DNA of 64,000 nucleotides from Balamuthia mandrillaris (GCA_031835245.2 JAVKOQ020000069.1:124001-188000); one strand, 5' to 3'. Counted from the first letter of the stretch, positions 47,569-63,299 are shown. Numbers and translations are program-made. Notes: generated by a model from the letters alone, not told the origin.

Positions 47569-49330
47569 ATGATGGAAAAGCCAGGATCCAGTGGGAGGAG
47601 AACCCCGCGTGGGAAAGAATTCTCGGAGGCACACAGTCACCGGAAGGGGGAGGAGGACGCTGACCAACGGTTACGGGAAAGAGAGGCCCGCATACGAGCA
47701 AAGTTGGGAAGACTCTGGGAGACGTTTTCTGTTATTCGTGAAATAGGTTCATGCCTTTGCGTTTCCTTTTTTCTTTCGTCTGTCTTTCTTTCCCTCTCCT
47801 CTCCTGTTGTCTTGCTTTTCTTCTTTCGTTTTTGCTCTCAGGTTAAAGAAATACTCATGAAAGTTGCTTCTAGCGGAGAACGAGCTTACGAGGTGTACTT
47901 TAAAAGAGGAAGGCGAGTTGACGGAACAAACGGAGAGAAGCAACGACGAAGAAGAGGAGGAGCAGGAGGAGAACTTTGACAAAGCCAAGGAGGCGCGGAA
48001 CCTAAAAGCGCTGCTCCAAAGCGAAAAGAAGGCCTTGGAAGGCATTCTTGAACGCATTTCGGAGAGCAGCGCCGACCTCGGCAGGGTGGGGCGAGAGCAA
48101 CAGCTCTCGCGACAGCCACCACCACTTGTACTATCCACAGAAGAGCGTCACTACCTTCAACCACAACAACATCCACAAGAACGGAAAGAGCGTAAACAAG
48201 GCAGCAGAAGTGCCAAAAACAGCGGAACAACCGGTCGAGTGCGAAGCAAAAGAAAGATAAAAGGGGGCGAAAGCAAGAAGGAGAAAGAGAGCGAGGAAGG
48301 AGCGGAGGAACTGGAGGATCTAGAGGACGACGAGGAACAGGAAGAAGAAGCGGAGGGGGAGAGCGAGCACAGTGATGGAGGAGCTAAAAGAACTCCTATT
48401 CATCGAAGCCACTCCCCTCGAAGAGGGAGAGGAGAAGGAGGAGGCAGCAGCAAGAGCGATGATGACATGCCAACAACGGACGTGAGCGCCACCAAGAGCG
48501 CTCCCATGAGAAGACGCTCCAGAACATCAAACTCTATCAAACAGGTAGCCCTCACACCCAACAACAACACCAACAACAACAACAACAACAATAGCAACAG
48601 CAACAACAGCAGCAACAATGGGCGTAAGCTCAGGGCCTCAAAGTCACAGAGAGATGCCCGCGAGATCAGAAAAGGGGCCATCAGCCTGAAGGCAGCTGGC
48701 AAAGACAGCGGCTCCTCTTCGGACCACAACAACAACGAAAGCCAGCAGGCACAACGTTGTTTGGAGGAGGATATCAAGGAGCAGGAAGAGGAGGTGACCG
48801 ACAGCCAGAAGAGGTTCAGCACTACGGCTGTCGTTGACGCAGTAGCAACAGCAAAGAAGCAGAGAGGTGTTGGCAGCAAAGAGGCAAGGAAGAGCAGCGA
48901 CTCCTATTTCGTCTCACAGGCTATTGAAGGAGGCAAAGGAGGAGAGAACGGCGCAGGAGGAGGGGATGAGTCCTCCTCCACATCAACGTCAACCACGTCG
49001 AGCGCCTCCTCCTCTTCCTCGTCGGTGAGCGTGGTAAGCCCTCAGTCCAAGTGGAACTTTAAGGGCAGGGCGAGGACCGTCTTTTCGGATCCGGCGTTGT
49101 CCCAATTGGCTGATAGCGGTAGTACTAGCAAGGATACCGCCGGGGGCGGGGAGGATGACTATCCAGGAGGAGGCGGAAGAGGGGAGGCCTCCTCCTCCTC
49201 CTCCTCAGATGACAGCTCCTCCGATGACGAGAAGAACTCGGCCAGGCTGTCCTGGAAGTGGAAGGCCTTGAAGAAGGAAAATGGAGGTAAGGGCTCCAAG
49301 AAAGGAGGCAAGGGCTTTTTTCCTTTCTGA
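47569..49330 (+). CDS. Hypothetical low-complexity charged protein
   Basis: Long open frame 47864-49330 plus an upstream exon. Confidence 0.55.
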
Positions 49331-49648
49331 CCCACTGGCCACTCCAACTTGTGTGTTTCTTATGTTTGTCATGTTTACAAGGACGATTCTCCGTTTGTTT
49401 GTTGTTTTTTCTCTCTCTCTCTCTCTCTCTTCGCTTCTCCTCCTTTTCATTTTCTCGTTATCGTGGGAATGGATTCGAATTTTGAATTCGGATAGGCTGA
49501 GAAATTTCTTTTCCAACAGAATTCAAACATTTGATCTTAAATTCCTCGAATTATATTTTCTGTCGACAACTTTTTTTTTATTTTAGAAAAAAGAAAGAAA
49601 AAAAGTGTAGCGAAGAAATAGTAATAATCTTGTGTGGAGAAAGAGAGG

Positions 49649-51096
49649 ATGGCCGCAGCACAACAGGAGGTAGACGCTCTGTTCTCACAGTTTCACTTGT
49701 CGGACGCGGCGCCCGCTGCTGCGAAACCGCAAAAAGAAGCGCCACAGCAGAGCACGCAGTCGGGAGGCTGGTGGGATTGGCTTCCCGCGCTGCCCAATCT
49801 TCCTCGCCCTAAAAAATTCGAAACCTATGACTCCGAAAGCAGAAGTGAGTGTTTCCGCGCGTTCATCTTTTATTTTCAAGAGAGATTATTTATTTTTTTC
49901 TAATGGCAACACTGCTTGCTTTTTTTAAATCCTCGATCATAGTGGTGCTGGACACAAGGGATAATTTTGATGGCGTGCGGATGGACTTTACGCTGCAGCG
50001 TGCTAGTTTCCAGCTGGGCAACATGTTCCAGTTCGCGAGCATGAAAGATCCCCCTTCGTACTCTCTTGTAGCTTCCAATGTGTCAGGCGTAAGTGTTAAC
50101 CTTTTTCATTGCTTCACTTTTCTTCCACTGTGCTTTTTTTATTCAATTTTTTTTTTTTCCAAAGCCCATCTTCCTGCAAGGCAAGTGGTCTCCCAGTGAG
50201 CAAGCAGTTGACGCAAGGCTTTTGGCGTCCAAAAAGTTAAACGAGAATAAAAGAAAGACGTTGGAGCTTGGTCTCAAAGTGTTCGCCAAGGTTATAACAT
50301 TTTTCTCTCTTTTCTCTTCTTTTTTCTTTGTGTTCTTGTTGTCCTTATTTCTTCTTGTTCTTCGAGTGTTGTTGTCTTATGTCGTCTTATGTTGTCTTAT
50401 GTTGTCTTATGTTGTTGTTGCGCTGGCATTCATTTGCTGATTGTATCACTGTAGGCTAGCAAGAAACCCGGTCAGTCTTTCGCTTCCGTAGAAGCCGAGC
50501 TAAAAGCCCCTTTATCTACCCTTGACGTAAAATGGCATCCTGGCGGCGGTTGGGAATCTAGCTATATGCAAACCATTACGCGACAGTTGTCTGCAGGTAC
50601 ATTTTTTTTTCTTATTGTCTATTTCACCTCTTTACATTTCACTTTCTTCGTACTCCTGTTAACAAATTTACAAAAAAAAAAAGGTGTTGGTGGCTTTACC
50701 AATGGAAAACAATCCCAACTGACGGGAGTGGCGCGCTACCGCTTGGCCGACCAATCCATCTGGACGGGTTCCATCGCCACCGACTCGATGCTCTCCACCA
50801 ACTACACCGTTTGCAGCAGCAGGAACAAGCAAAAGAAGCAGTTTTCAGTGGAAATGCGAGTGTTCAAGCCCGAAGGTGCAGAGTCATGGCAGGCCACCAC
50901 CTCTGCCGGTTACAGCTATCAGTTCTGGCGAGCGCAGCTGAAGGGCCGATTGGACACCAACTGGCGAGCATCGATGCTGTTGGAGGAGCAGATAGAGTTG
51001 AGCCCTGGTGCTATCATCGGCGCTAGTTTCTGCGCTGATATGGATTACCTGAAGGATCTCTATAAGGTTGGCGTTGGTCTTGCTGTTGCTCTTTAA
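49649..51096 (+). CDS. TOM40: Mitochondrial import channel Tom40-like, multi-exon
   Basis: LPRPKKFETYDSESR..NFDGVRMDF at the N-terminus; YQFWRAQLKGRLDTNWRASMLLEEQI..FCADMDYLKDLYKVGVGL C-terminal beta-strands. Confidence 0.75.
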
Positions 51097-51223
51097 AAAC
51101 TTTTTATTTTTATTTCGATACAGAGAAGGTGAAAAAGATTTACAAGACAGTTTTTTTTTCATTGTTCTCCTCAACGGTCCTTCCATCGAAGAGAGAATGC
51201 TGTCTTTCAGTCTTTCGCCAGCA

Positions 51224-53463
51224 TCAGCACCCAATATTCTCCTTGTTCGCAACACTATTCTTGTTCTTGTTCCTCATCTTCTTGTTCTTCCTTGTCCTTT
51301 TCTTCTTCTTTGCTGAGGATGTTGCGCTATCGTTGTTCTTGTTTGAGTTAACGGCAAGAGCGCTGGTCTTGAGGCGCTTCGCTGTGGATCCAAAAGCTTT
51401 AGCCAAGCTTTTTCCACTCGGACTGCTGCTTCCTGTCGTTGTCGTGAGGGATGGATTTGGTTTTATGGCATCCGCTTGTCGTTTCTTAGCGGCCGAAGAA
51501 GATGGGGAGGAAGAAGAGGACAGTTGGTGATGAAGGAGGGCTGCAGCTACTTCCAAAGATGAAGCAGAAGAGGAAGAAGAACATTCTTCCTGAGAAGGAT
51601 GGACCGATTCTTCATCGCTTTCGTTGTAAAAGGCGAGGTGGTCGTACTTGTCGGAAGAAAAAGCGGTTGAGGAGAAATGGTTTCCACGCGAAAGAGCCTT
51701 GCGTAAAGTGGAGGCGGGTCCACTTCCACCCTGCTTCTTGCTCCGCACTCGTAGTGTTGAAGGACGATAGTGAAGGAAAGACGAGGAGGACGCTGTTGCT
51801 GCTGGCGTTGGAGAGACGATTTGCCTGCTGAATCGTTTTTGTTTTTTTGTTTGAGCTACTGCCCCACTATTTTCTTCTGGTGGTTGCTGTGCTGCATCTT
51901 TTGCTGTCTGTTGCGTTTGCTCTTTCTCTTCCTGACCAACCTCTGTTGTCTCTTCTTCAGCCTCAACACCGGGTGGCGCTGATTTCCAAGCGGAAGTAAG
52001 AGAGATAGACAGAGGAGACGAGAAAGGAGAGAATGGTGTAGATGGGTGTTCTTCATGCTGTTTGGATGTGGCATCATTACTGCCTTGTTCCCTTCCATTT
52101 TCATTATGTTCGTTCTGGCTTACCACAGACTGGGTGCGACTGTTTGAGGGACTTGGGAGAGCAACAGACGTAAGCTCGCTTGCTTTCTGTTGTTGGTGAG
52201 CGGATGCAGTGATACGAGCGCCACGAAGTAGATGAGCGTAGAGAGCATCGCTCCCTCGTCGTTGTTTCTTTATGGCAGAACCTTGCGGACTAACCCCTAT
52301 CTTATCTTTTCTTATCTTGTTGTTTTGTTTGTCCTTGCGCTGTTTCTTTTTCTTCTTTGGAGTTGGGCTTTCATCAATGGTAGGAGAAGCTGCAGGGGAT
52401 GGTTTAGAAGTATTAAAAATGCTGTCCTCCGTTGTTTGTTGAGAACACGGAGATGAAGATGGAAGTAAGAAGGAAGAAGATGGAGACAAAGAAGAAGAGG
52501 GCGCGCAAGAAGATGAAGGAGAGGGCAATGCGTAGGTAGTGAGATTCGACTTGGAGGACGCGACGTCGGTACTACTAGAGATCGACTTTCTTCTTTCAGA
52601 AAGTAGATGAAGGTTGTAGACAGAAGGAAACCGGCTTTTCAGGGCCTGAAGCAACACGCTGTCATGAGTGCTTGCATGCTTAGAATGATGGTTCTTCGGT
52701 CTTTGCGGTGTACGACCAGGAGATCGGTCGATGCTGCATCGACGCAGACGGCTTGGGCTGAGAGAGAGTTCAGCGGTGGTGGCTGCCTCTGCAAGAGGAA
52801 GCGGGGTGATGAGGTAGGGCTTGGGCTTAGGAGGAGGATTGTTGGTATGGTTGGGAGAAAACTTGATCAAGGAGGAAAAGTTGTGGCTTGTAGAGGAGGG
52901 CGTAGAAGCAGCTGTGGGACTGTGTTGTTTGTCTAGTGGTTTTGAGCAAGTAAGACAATGTGGTAAACAAGAAGGACGCGGGAGGGGGAAAAGAGGGGAT
53001 ACCATGCAATTGGTCTAAACGGGTTTGTAAAGACAAGACTTGTCTTCGAAGAGCCTTGCCTCCACTGGAGAGAGATAGGGGACTGGGAGTAGGCACAGAT
53101 GGAATGGAAGACTGAGCCAACAGGTCGGTGTTCAGCGGCGAACTAATACTGTAGCGTGCGGCAGCGGCAGCCGGTCGCGAGTGTCTCAGAGTAGCAGAGC
53201 TGGCAGGAGCGTGGTTGTTGTCGTCGCATCGCGACAGGCCAGCCGCGGCGCGAGTTTCTCTCATCGTCAAAGCGGCTACACGCTTTCGCGTCTGAGAGAA
53301 AAAAAAAAACGGACGATTGGTTAAGGCTTGAGGAAGAAAAGGGCAGCTGATCGGTGGCACCTACCGTTTTTTGCTGCGGTGTGGCGCAGGTTGTCCCTCT
53401 GTCGGTTGTTTCGTTCATGCCGTCCGCCTCAGGGACGTCCCTCGGCAGCCTTGCGGACATCAT
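51224..53463 (-). CDS. Hypothetical Ser/Pro/Lys-rich disordered protein
   Basis: 593-codon open frame plus upstream exons; start and splicing uncertain. Confidence 0.55.
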
Positions 53464-53980
53464 CTTTTTTTTGTTGTTCTGTTTTTTTTTTTTTTTGGTC
53501 CCCCCTGAAGCCCACCCCTTAATTCGCTTCCACTGCCGTTACACGGTCATGACGCGTTTTGGCGGGAAAAGATCCGAGCAAACATTCGAAATATGTTCCT
53601 GGAAAGCCCTTCCGCCACGTCAGGTCGCAGGCTTACGTCATGCCAAACGTTAAATCACCAAAATAGGATTTACCCGAAATTTCCTCTCTCCTTTTTTATA
53701 TTTTCTTTGCGACAGACCAAAGTCTGTGCTTTGGGCGTTAAATTTTTGAACCAACAACAAAAAAAAAAGGGCTCAGGAGGGCAGATTTTTTTTCAACAAA
53801 AAAAAAAACAAAAAAAAAACTGTGCGTTGGTTTTAGTGGAGGTTTTTTCCGTGCAAAACTAGCGGAGAGTTGGAAGAAGTTGTTTCGGTGAGTGGCACCC
53901 TGCCGTTTTTTTTCTTTGTTTGCTTTTCCCCCTATTTTCCCTTTGCCTTTCTTTTATTTTTTTTGTAGCGATTTTCTTTC

Positions 53981-54013
<33 letters not shown>

Positions 54014-54341
54014 TTGTTTGCTTGTCTTGTAAATTTTGTGGACAGAGAGCAGAAACGCAACATTACTCTGAGCGCCAACAACCCTCACCTCATCAAAAGA
54101 GTAGTGATCTCCATTCTTTTTTTTTTGTAACCACTTACTTTTTTTTTTCCTTTTTACTTTGCTTTTCGATTAGAGGAAAAACGCCAAACAGAGCCCAAAA
54201 CTCAAGCGAGTAGCGACGCACTTGCTTGTTTGGAAGCTTTGTTTTTGATTTTGGTTTAGTTTTTTTGATTATTTAAACAGAAAGCCCCCTCCTCTGCCTT
54301 CCTACTGCGGACGGAAAGAAGAACACAAACAAACAAAAAAA

Positions 54342-55869
<1,528 letters not shown>

Positions 55870-56148
55870 AAGCTCTGATCTTCTTTTCTATTCGTCTTCC
55901 TTCTCCTCTCCTTCTCAATCCGTGTACTATTCTATCCTAGTTTTTTTTGTTGTTCTCTTGTTTATTGCTATTTTTTTTTAAAGGAACCTTTGTTTTACAC
56001 GATATGGTTGAAAAAACTGGTCAAACACCTACAAGCGCAACCCTTCCAACCCCATTTCTTGTTCTTGTTCTTCTTTCTTTCTGTCTTTCTTTTTTGTGCC
56101 GACAACTGTTGTTGGAAAAAAAATGGCGGGAACTTTGATGCAGGAAGA

Positions 56149-56953
56149 ATGAAAGGGGCAAGCGGTGTGAGTGCACGTTTGAGAAGCAACTTCTTGGGTG
56201 TGACGGGAGGCAAAGCCAGCGGCAAGGGTACTGCACACCACCGTCTCTCTTCTTTGCATGTGTAGATGGTTGTGCTAACCGCTGAAAACAAAACCACATC
56301 GAAGACACTTTTGCCGATTACTTGGTTCACCATTATGGCTTTGTTCACATTTCGTTGAGCGACCTAGTGAGAGAAGAGTTGAGAAGAAGGGATATGCTGG
56401 AGAACATAGATAATCTGATCAACCTCGGCAACGAGCTTCGCCAAAAAGAAGGCACAGACGCACTCGCACAACGTGCGCTTGCCAAGATCGACCAGGAAGA
56501 GATCAGAGGCATGACGAAGCGCTATGTGATCTCCTCCCTCCGGCATCCAAGGTTAGGTTCTTTCTTGCTTCTTATTCCCTTCCCTCCTCCCTCCTCTCTC
56601 TTTTTGACACACTCTCTCCCTCTCTCGCATGGTCTTAAAGCGAAGTGCAACGGCTTCGTGCAAGCAACGAGAGCTTTACGCTGGTCTACCTGGAAGCACC
56701 TCTGCAACTGCGGTACGAGCGGTGCAAGGCGAGAGGGCGTCTTGGCGACGTGAAGAGCTTCGAGGAGTTTGTGGCCAAGGAGAAGCAACAGGAGTTCTCC
56801 ACCGTGAACGTTGCCTCCCAACAGATGAACGCAGTGTACGCCATGGCCGACGTGGTCTTGACCAACGATGCCACGTCCATGGAGGAGTTTCAGCAGAAGA
56901 TCGACCAGCTCCTCCTTCGTTCTTCTGCCTCACAGCAACGAACGACATCATGA
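56149..56953 (+). CDS. P-loop NMP-kinase / dephospho-CoA-kinase-like protein, 3 exons
   Basis: Spliced reading GVTGGKASGK|DTFADYLVHHYGFVHISLSDLVREE...LRHP|SEV...LEAPLQLRYERCKARGR...ADVVLTND. Confidence 0.75.
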
Positions 56954-57691
56954 ACAGGCAAGAACGCACAAGCCCACCAAGAGAGGACCGCTATGGCCAG
57001 AGGAGGCAAAGGGCAGGTTGCCTCACATGCAGTCTTTTTCCAAACAAAACACTCAGCGCTCTAGGGGCTATCGAGTGAGAAACGCTCCGCGCTCTGGGGG
57101 ACCGACGCGTTCTGTTTTTTTTTTTTTTTGAAACTTTGTTGCTACCGCTTTTCTACCGCTTTGTGCTTGGGGGTGGTGGTGGTGCGGACTCGCCTTTGCC
57201 AACAAAAAGTTGTTGTGGTTGAGTGTTCGCTATTTCACGGGTTACGGCCGGTCAGGTGACCAAAAGACCCTCACTGATAACAACCAACCCACCCCCACCA
57301 CCACGAAAAGGTGGAACGAGGCCAGCAGAAGAGTTTTTGTGACAACGCTCTCCGTTGTTTTTGTTTTTTCTTTCACTCTCCCACTTTTTTTATCGTTCGA
57401 TCCTCAAGCATCAATCAGTGGCGGAAAGATTGACTTTTTATTCTTCTTCTTTTTTTTTTTTCGATCCGGGGTTTTTTTTAACAGCGTGGACGACTTTTGC
57501 GTAAGGTGAGTGGCTGGTCTCTAAAGTCTAGGCGTCTTTTTCTTTTTCTCCTCCTCCATCTTTTTGTTTAAACTTCGCATCTTTTGTGAGAAAAGGAGAA
57601 GAGTTCGTCTGAAGAGATCCAAAAACTTGAAAAAAAGAAAGCAACAACGAACGTAGACAAGAACAAGCACAAGAACATAGAATATGCCCTA

Positions 57692-57985
57692 ATGAGAAAA
57701 CTGGGTGGCAGTGGCAGCTCGGAAGGAGGGTTCTGGGGAGAGGACAAGGAACACCGACGGCCATTGCTTGGCCCTGATGTGAACGATAATAGCAGGCCTG
57801 CATCTGAGGGAGTGACTCCGGAGACTTCCACCGCAAGCTTGCCACCTTCTTGTTTGCCGCCTCCGTATGGCTCCGTCACTACCGCTGAGGACGACGTTGT
57901 CGTCCTTTTGAACGCCGACCCCAAAAAGTAAAGAGCTCTCACTGTTTCTTCTACTCATCTTTCACTTGTTCTCACTCTCCTTCGT

Positions 57986-58029
<44 letters not shown>

Positions 58030-58296
58030 CACTCGCTCTTCAACAGTCGAACATTTCAGCTGAAGAAAGCAGCGGTGATGATCGACTGTGCAGTGTCCGG
58101 AAAACCAACCCTGTCGCTTGACAGCCCAGTGGCCCTTAGGGCACATCGCATCTACCACAACTTGGCCTGGCTGAGATATATCGTGTGGATAGTTCTGTTC
58201 TTGCTTCCTTTTTTCGAGGAACCTTACTGGTGCGCCTTTTGGGCTGATGGTGGCTGCCATTCTGCTCGTGGTACTCTTCGCGCGCTCTCTCTCTCG

Positions 58297-58346
<50 letters not shown>

Positions 58347-61300
58347 TTGTTACCTGTTTTCCTCAACTGCTCACCGCAACTCGTTTTTTCAGCAACGGAA
58401 GACAGAACATGGGAAGACTCCCGTATACCAAAACTAAAGCCGTGGGTAACACAGACCATAGAGCTCGTGTGCATGCTTATTCTTATCACCCAGTCAATGT
58501 TGTGGTTGGTGGTGTTAGGCCCACACCGTTTCTTCACGCTTCGGCACAACCTATGGCACCTTTTGACGGTCTCCTTCGAAATCATAATCATATTGCAGCT
58601 CTTTATTTCTTTGATTCTCGCCTTTGCTGCGCCTACCGTTCCTATAGCTCTCGTATCACCGTACCTTCGTCCGCTGCTCTTTTGCGTTTTTTTCTCACCC
58701 GTTCGTATTACTCTCTCCCTCTTCCCCTCTCTTTTCGTTGACTTTTATATTTGTTTTGTCTACGTTCTTGTGAATGCATTCAGATTCGACGGTCTCTTAA
58801 GAACATTTTAGTGATGATAGTGAGGGTGCTGGACGTCGCTAGTTTGATTGCCATCTTTGTTTTGTTGTTTTCCTGGATTGGTCTTTTATTGTTCAAAGAT
58901 ATGGATGGTACTATCATCCATCTTTCCTTTCCCTCTTTTACGTTGCATTTTTCTGATTCTAACTTTAATGAAAAAGACGAATACTTTGGTTCATTTGGAG
59001 CAACAGTGGCGCAACTGTTCGATTTGTTATACGCTGGAAATTTTCCCTATATTATCAGCACTGCTTATGACAAGCACCGTATATCCATATTTTTCTTCTT
59101 GGCCTTTCTTTTGTTGGGCACCTACTTGCTCTTAAACTTGGCTTTGGCCGTATTTTACTCTAGCTACCGCAATCTTATGCACAAAGATGCCGCTCGGTTC
59201 TTGGTATGCTCTTTTCTCTTTTCTCCTTTCTCCGTTCTCCGTTCAATTCTCTACGTCATTGACGTTTTGTGTCTCAGCTTAATTTCTTATCATTGTACTG
59301 TGCTCTCTCTCTTCACAGGAAAGACGAAGGTTTGCATTAATGGAAGCGTTCAACGTGTTAGCCTTGTTATCTCCAGAACATGGACCAGGCTGTGTCAGTT
59401 TCGAGGTGGCAAAGGCGCTTTTTCGTGAGCTGAACGCGTACCATCACATCGCCTCCGTTCCTATCAGCCAAGTCAACTTTGTTTGTGACGTGTTGGACAG
59501 AGATAAGACCGGTTATATTCGCAAACCGGAGTTTCTGGAACTTTGTTACGTGCTGAATCTTCGTTTCCAGATGCGTAAAGGTGTGCTTAAATCTGTTTCT
59601 CTTTTCTCTTTTGGTTGAGTGCTAACTGATATGATGTACAGATCCTTCAAGAGGTTTGTTTTCGTCCCGCTTTCCTGATTTACATCGCCTTCGCGTCATA
59701 CGGGTATTGCATACCATTGTGGAAAGCCGTTATTTTGAGTATTGCGTTGACCTTTTGGTTGTTCTCAACTGTGTCTGTCTCATTATTGAATATCAACTTC
59801 ACCATGCCCAACAAGGTCCCTTTCTCTTCTCTTTTTATTTTGTAATTCTATTTTTAAAGTTTCTTCTATTCCCTACAGAAATTTGGGAGATGGCCCAAAT
59901 AGCATTTACCGTGGTGTATGCAGGAGAAATAGCCATCAAAGTCTTTGTTTATGGTACTCGTTGGTTCCAAAAGTACATGAACCGGCTGGACTTCTTCATC
60001 GTGGTGGCCATCGTAGCCGCCCAGCTTTACGAGCTCTCTCATCCTGACTCCATCCCTTCTAGCACCATCTCTCTGCTGATGGTATTGCGCAGCATCCGCA
60101 TCATTCGCATCCTCAATCGACTGCCTCGCTTCAGAGCCATCATCAAGACGTTGGTCGAACTGATGCCAACTTTGACCGTTCTAATCGGCGTTTTGTTGGC
60201 TGTTTACTATATTTATGCGGCAGTTGGAATCCAGATATTCGGTGGGCAGATCTACCTGGAGAATCCCCGCTTGGCCAACACTGATTTTGCGTCGGATGAT
60301 TTATTCATACACAACTTCAATGACTTTGGAAACGCGTTTCTAGCGTTGTTCGAGGTGCAGATAGGCATGGATTGGGAGGAGATGGATGGATGGGTTCACG
60401 CCAGCGGCAGCCTTTGGAGTTATGTTTATCTTATTTCTTTTCTTGCCATCTCTGACTTCGTAGTTGGTAAGTCCTTTATGGTCTTTCTTTTTTGTTTCAA
60501 AATTTTTTGTGTTTATTTTGTTTTTCTCGATTTAAAAAGTGAATATTGGCGTGGCCTATATTTTGGACGCGTATGAGTACAGAGGAGCTCGCCCTAAGAA
60601 AAAGAGTCAAAAGCAGCAGATCTACGGAAGAATGGCTGTTGATGACGCCCGCTCCGAGTTCAAGATCAAAAAAGCAAGGAGCATGCATGGCAGAGAGTAC
60701 TATGGCATCTTCGACTTGGATCATATGTACACGCGGAAGATGAAGCAGGTTAGACGAATGCGAACCAAGAAGCAAGCCAAAGCGAAGAGAAAGGCAAGAG
60801 CCAAGAAGAAGGCAGCCGCTTTTGTGGACCCGGAACGATGCCAACAACTGCGACAGCAACAGAAGCAACAACAGCAGAAACGTTCGGAGAAACAAAAGTT
60901 GAGACAGAAACAGAGACAAAAGGCGAGAAGAAGGAAGAAGGCGAAGAAAAAGTATGAAATGGAGGCGGAGGCCATGAAGAAAGCAGCAGAGATGGGTATT
61001 CTTCTGACGTTGGATGAGGAGGAAGACGAGGACGAAGGAACCCATAGCTTTGACAGCTTGCCTCCGATACCAGAAGAAGAATTAGGAGGAAGCGAAGACA
61101 CTATAGGAAAAGAAGACGAAGAAGAAGGAGATGAAGGAACAAAAGAAAAAGATGAACAGGAAGATGAAGGACAATGGGAAGAAGGCAAAGGTGAGGAGGA
61201 ATATGAAGACGAAGAAGAGTGGGAAAAAGAAGAAAAGGAGTACGAAGATGAAGAGGAAGAGGAATGGTATAAAGGAGACGGAGAAGAAGAGGGAGAAGAG

Positions 61301-62152
61301 GGAGAAGAGGGAGAAGAGGAAGAAGAAGAATACTGGGAAGACGAGCAAGACAGAGGACGACTACACGCTCGTGATGACGAAGACTACGAAGAAGAGTACT
61401 ACGAAGATGAAGACTACGAAGAGGAAGATGAAGACGAGCGACGTCGTCGGCTGGAAAGCGTGGCAGAGAGTGTGGGTGTCGACGCCAGTCTGCGCGAACG
61501 TCTGCGGGAGAGCTTGTTGCGTTTGGAGCGGTTGGACATGGAAGCTGAAGAATACGAAGATCGTGGTGATAGTGGCAGCGGTGCTGCTGATGGAAGAGAA
61601 GAAGAAGAGGTAGGATTAGGAGGAGAGGAAGAGGAAGAGGGAGAAGAAACGAGTATGAGAGAAAGAGAAAGCGGTGGAGCGCCTTCTCTCAGTCATTGGC
61701 ATTGGGAAGACGACACGACTGCACCATTCTCCCCTTCTGTTGCTGGTAGAAGTGCTGAGGAAGATAGCGGCGGCGGAAGTGGTGGAGGTAGGCGACGTAG
61801 AAGAGGAGGAAGAAGAAGACAAAGAAACGGTGCGAGTGGCCCATCTGGTAATAGAGGTGTTGTTGATGAGATGCGAGACCATCAACAGCAGCAAACCACT
61901 TCATCGACAACATCAACAACGTCACAACAGCAGCAGCGACCGCAGCATCAGTTGCAGCAGCAGCAACAACAACGGCGGTTGCAACAACAAGAACAACGAA
62001 GACAAAGAGAACGGCAAAGGAAGAAAGCGGCCAAACGGCGTGCGCGACGCAATAAAGCAGCAGCAGCAGCCGCTGCCACCAGCTCCACCTCCGCCTCCTC
62101 CTCTGCCACCCCCAACCCCAACACCACTGAAACATCCACATCCACACAATAG
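57692..62152 (+). CDS. Two-pore channel (TPC)-like cation channel with EF-hand linker and long charged tail
   Basis: Two 6-TM-type repeats, EF-hand DRDKTGYIRKPE, S4 LRSIRIIRIL and HNFNDFGNAFLALF pore helix. Confidence 0.85.
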
Positions 62153-62346
62153 ACCTCTTCATCATCATCAACAACATGAGACAGCAACAAACACTACTAC
62201 TGCCTGCAACATGTTCTCTCTGTTCCCTTGTCGTTATGAAAAGTGCTCTTCATCTTTTTTATCAGAAATCTCTTTTGAAAAAGTAATGCACGTGGTTTGT
62301 GCGGATAAAGTTTCGAAAGGAAAGCAGGACCAGGAAGGTTAAGAGA

Positions 62347-63299
62347 ATGAAGAGAGCAGCGGGGGTGGTGCCAGGCGTTCTGCTCGGTAGGCGTGCAAGA
62401 GGCCGTTGCTGCAACCACAGGGGCTGCTCCGCCACCTCCAAGCCGCCAGCTGCAGGAGGGGGGCAGCAACCACAACCACCTCTGCCGCTGCTCCTCCTCC
62501 AAGGCCACCAAGTGAGGAACAGCAGAGGCATTACGCGCCACCCGTGGTCCCATTGCGCTTTTACTTTGACTACAAGAGCCCCTTTTCCTACCTCGCCAAG
62601 GATGAGATCTACGCCCTGGAGCAGGAGTTTGCCCCGCACCTGCGGGTGGAGTGGCTGCCCTTCGCCTTTGACGTGGAGCACAGCTTCGGCCTGCCCCAAT
62701 CCCGCACGACGCTGCACTGGAACAAAGTGAAGTACGCCTACCTCGACGCTCGTCGCTTCGCCAACGCCCGATCGCCGCCGGTGACCTTGAAAGGCCCCAA
62801 ACGAGTGTTTGATTCCTCGTTGGCCATGATGGCCGGTCTCTACTGCCTGCAATACGACCAGCAGCCGAGGGGATCGCTCAACCCGCCTCTCCCAAGCGCT
62901 CCCAAGGAGGATCCGAAACGGACGACCACGTTTCGTTGTTACACTGACGTGGTGTTTGAACGATTTTTCAAGCACGAGCTTGACTTGGAGGACCTCTCCT
63001 CCTTGAAACAGATCCTTCTTCTCGCGCGCAACGAAAGTGATCGGCATCAGCTCAACGATGAAACAGGGGTAGAAGAATGGGTGGAGCAAGGATTTGAAGA
63101 CTTTGCACTCAAAGCGGAGGAAAATGGATTGTCGAAGGGAAGGAGGGCGTTGGAAAGGATACGAAGGCAGGCGGTGGAGGAGGAGGGAGTGTTTGGCGTG
63201 CCCTCCATGGTTGCCGGCGGAGAGCTCTTCTTTGGCAACGACAGAATTGATTGGTTACGTCGAAAGCTTCAACAACAGCTCTTGGCTCTGCGTTGCTAA
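62347..63299 (+). CDS. DsbA-like HCCA isomerase / GST-kappa family protein
   Basis: FYFDYKSPFSYLA and GVFGVPSMVAGGELFFGNDR. The start at 62347 requires a 34-nt intron, which is uncertain. Confidence 0.8.
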
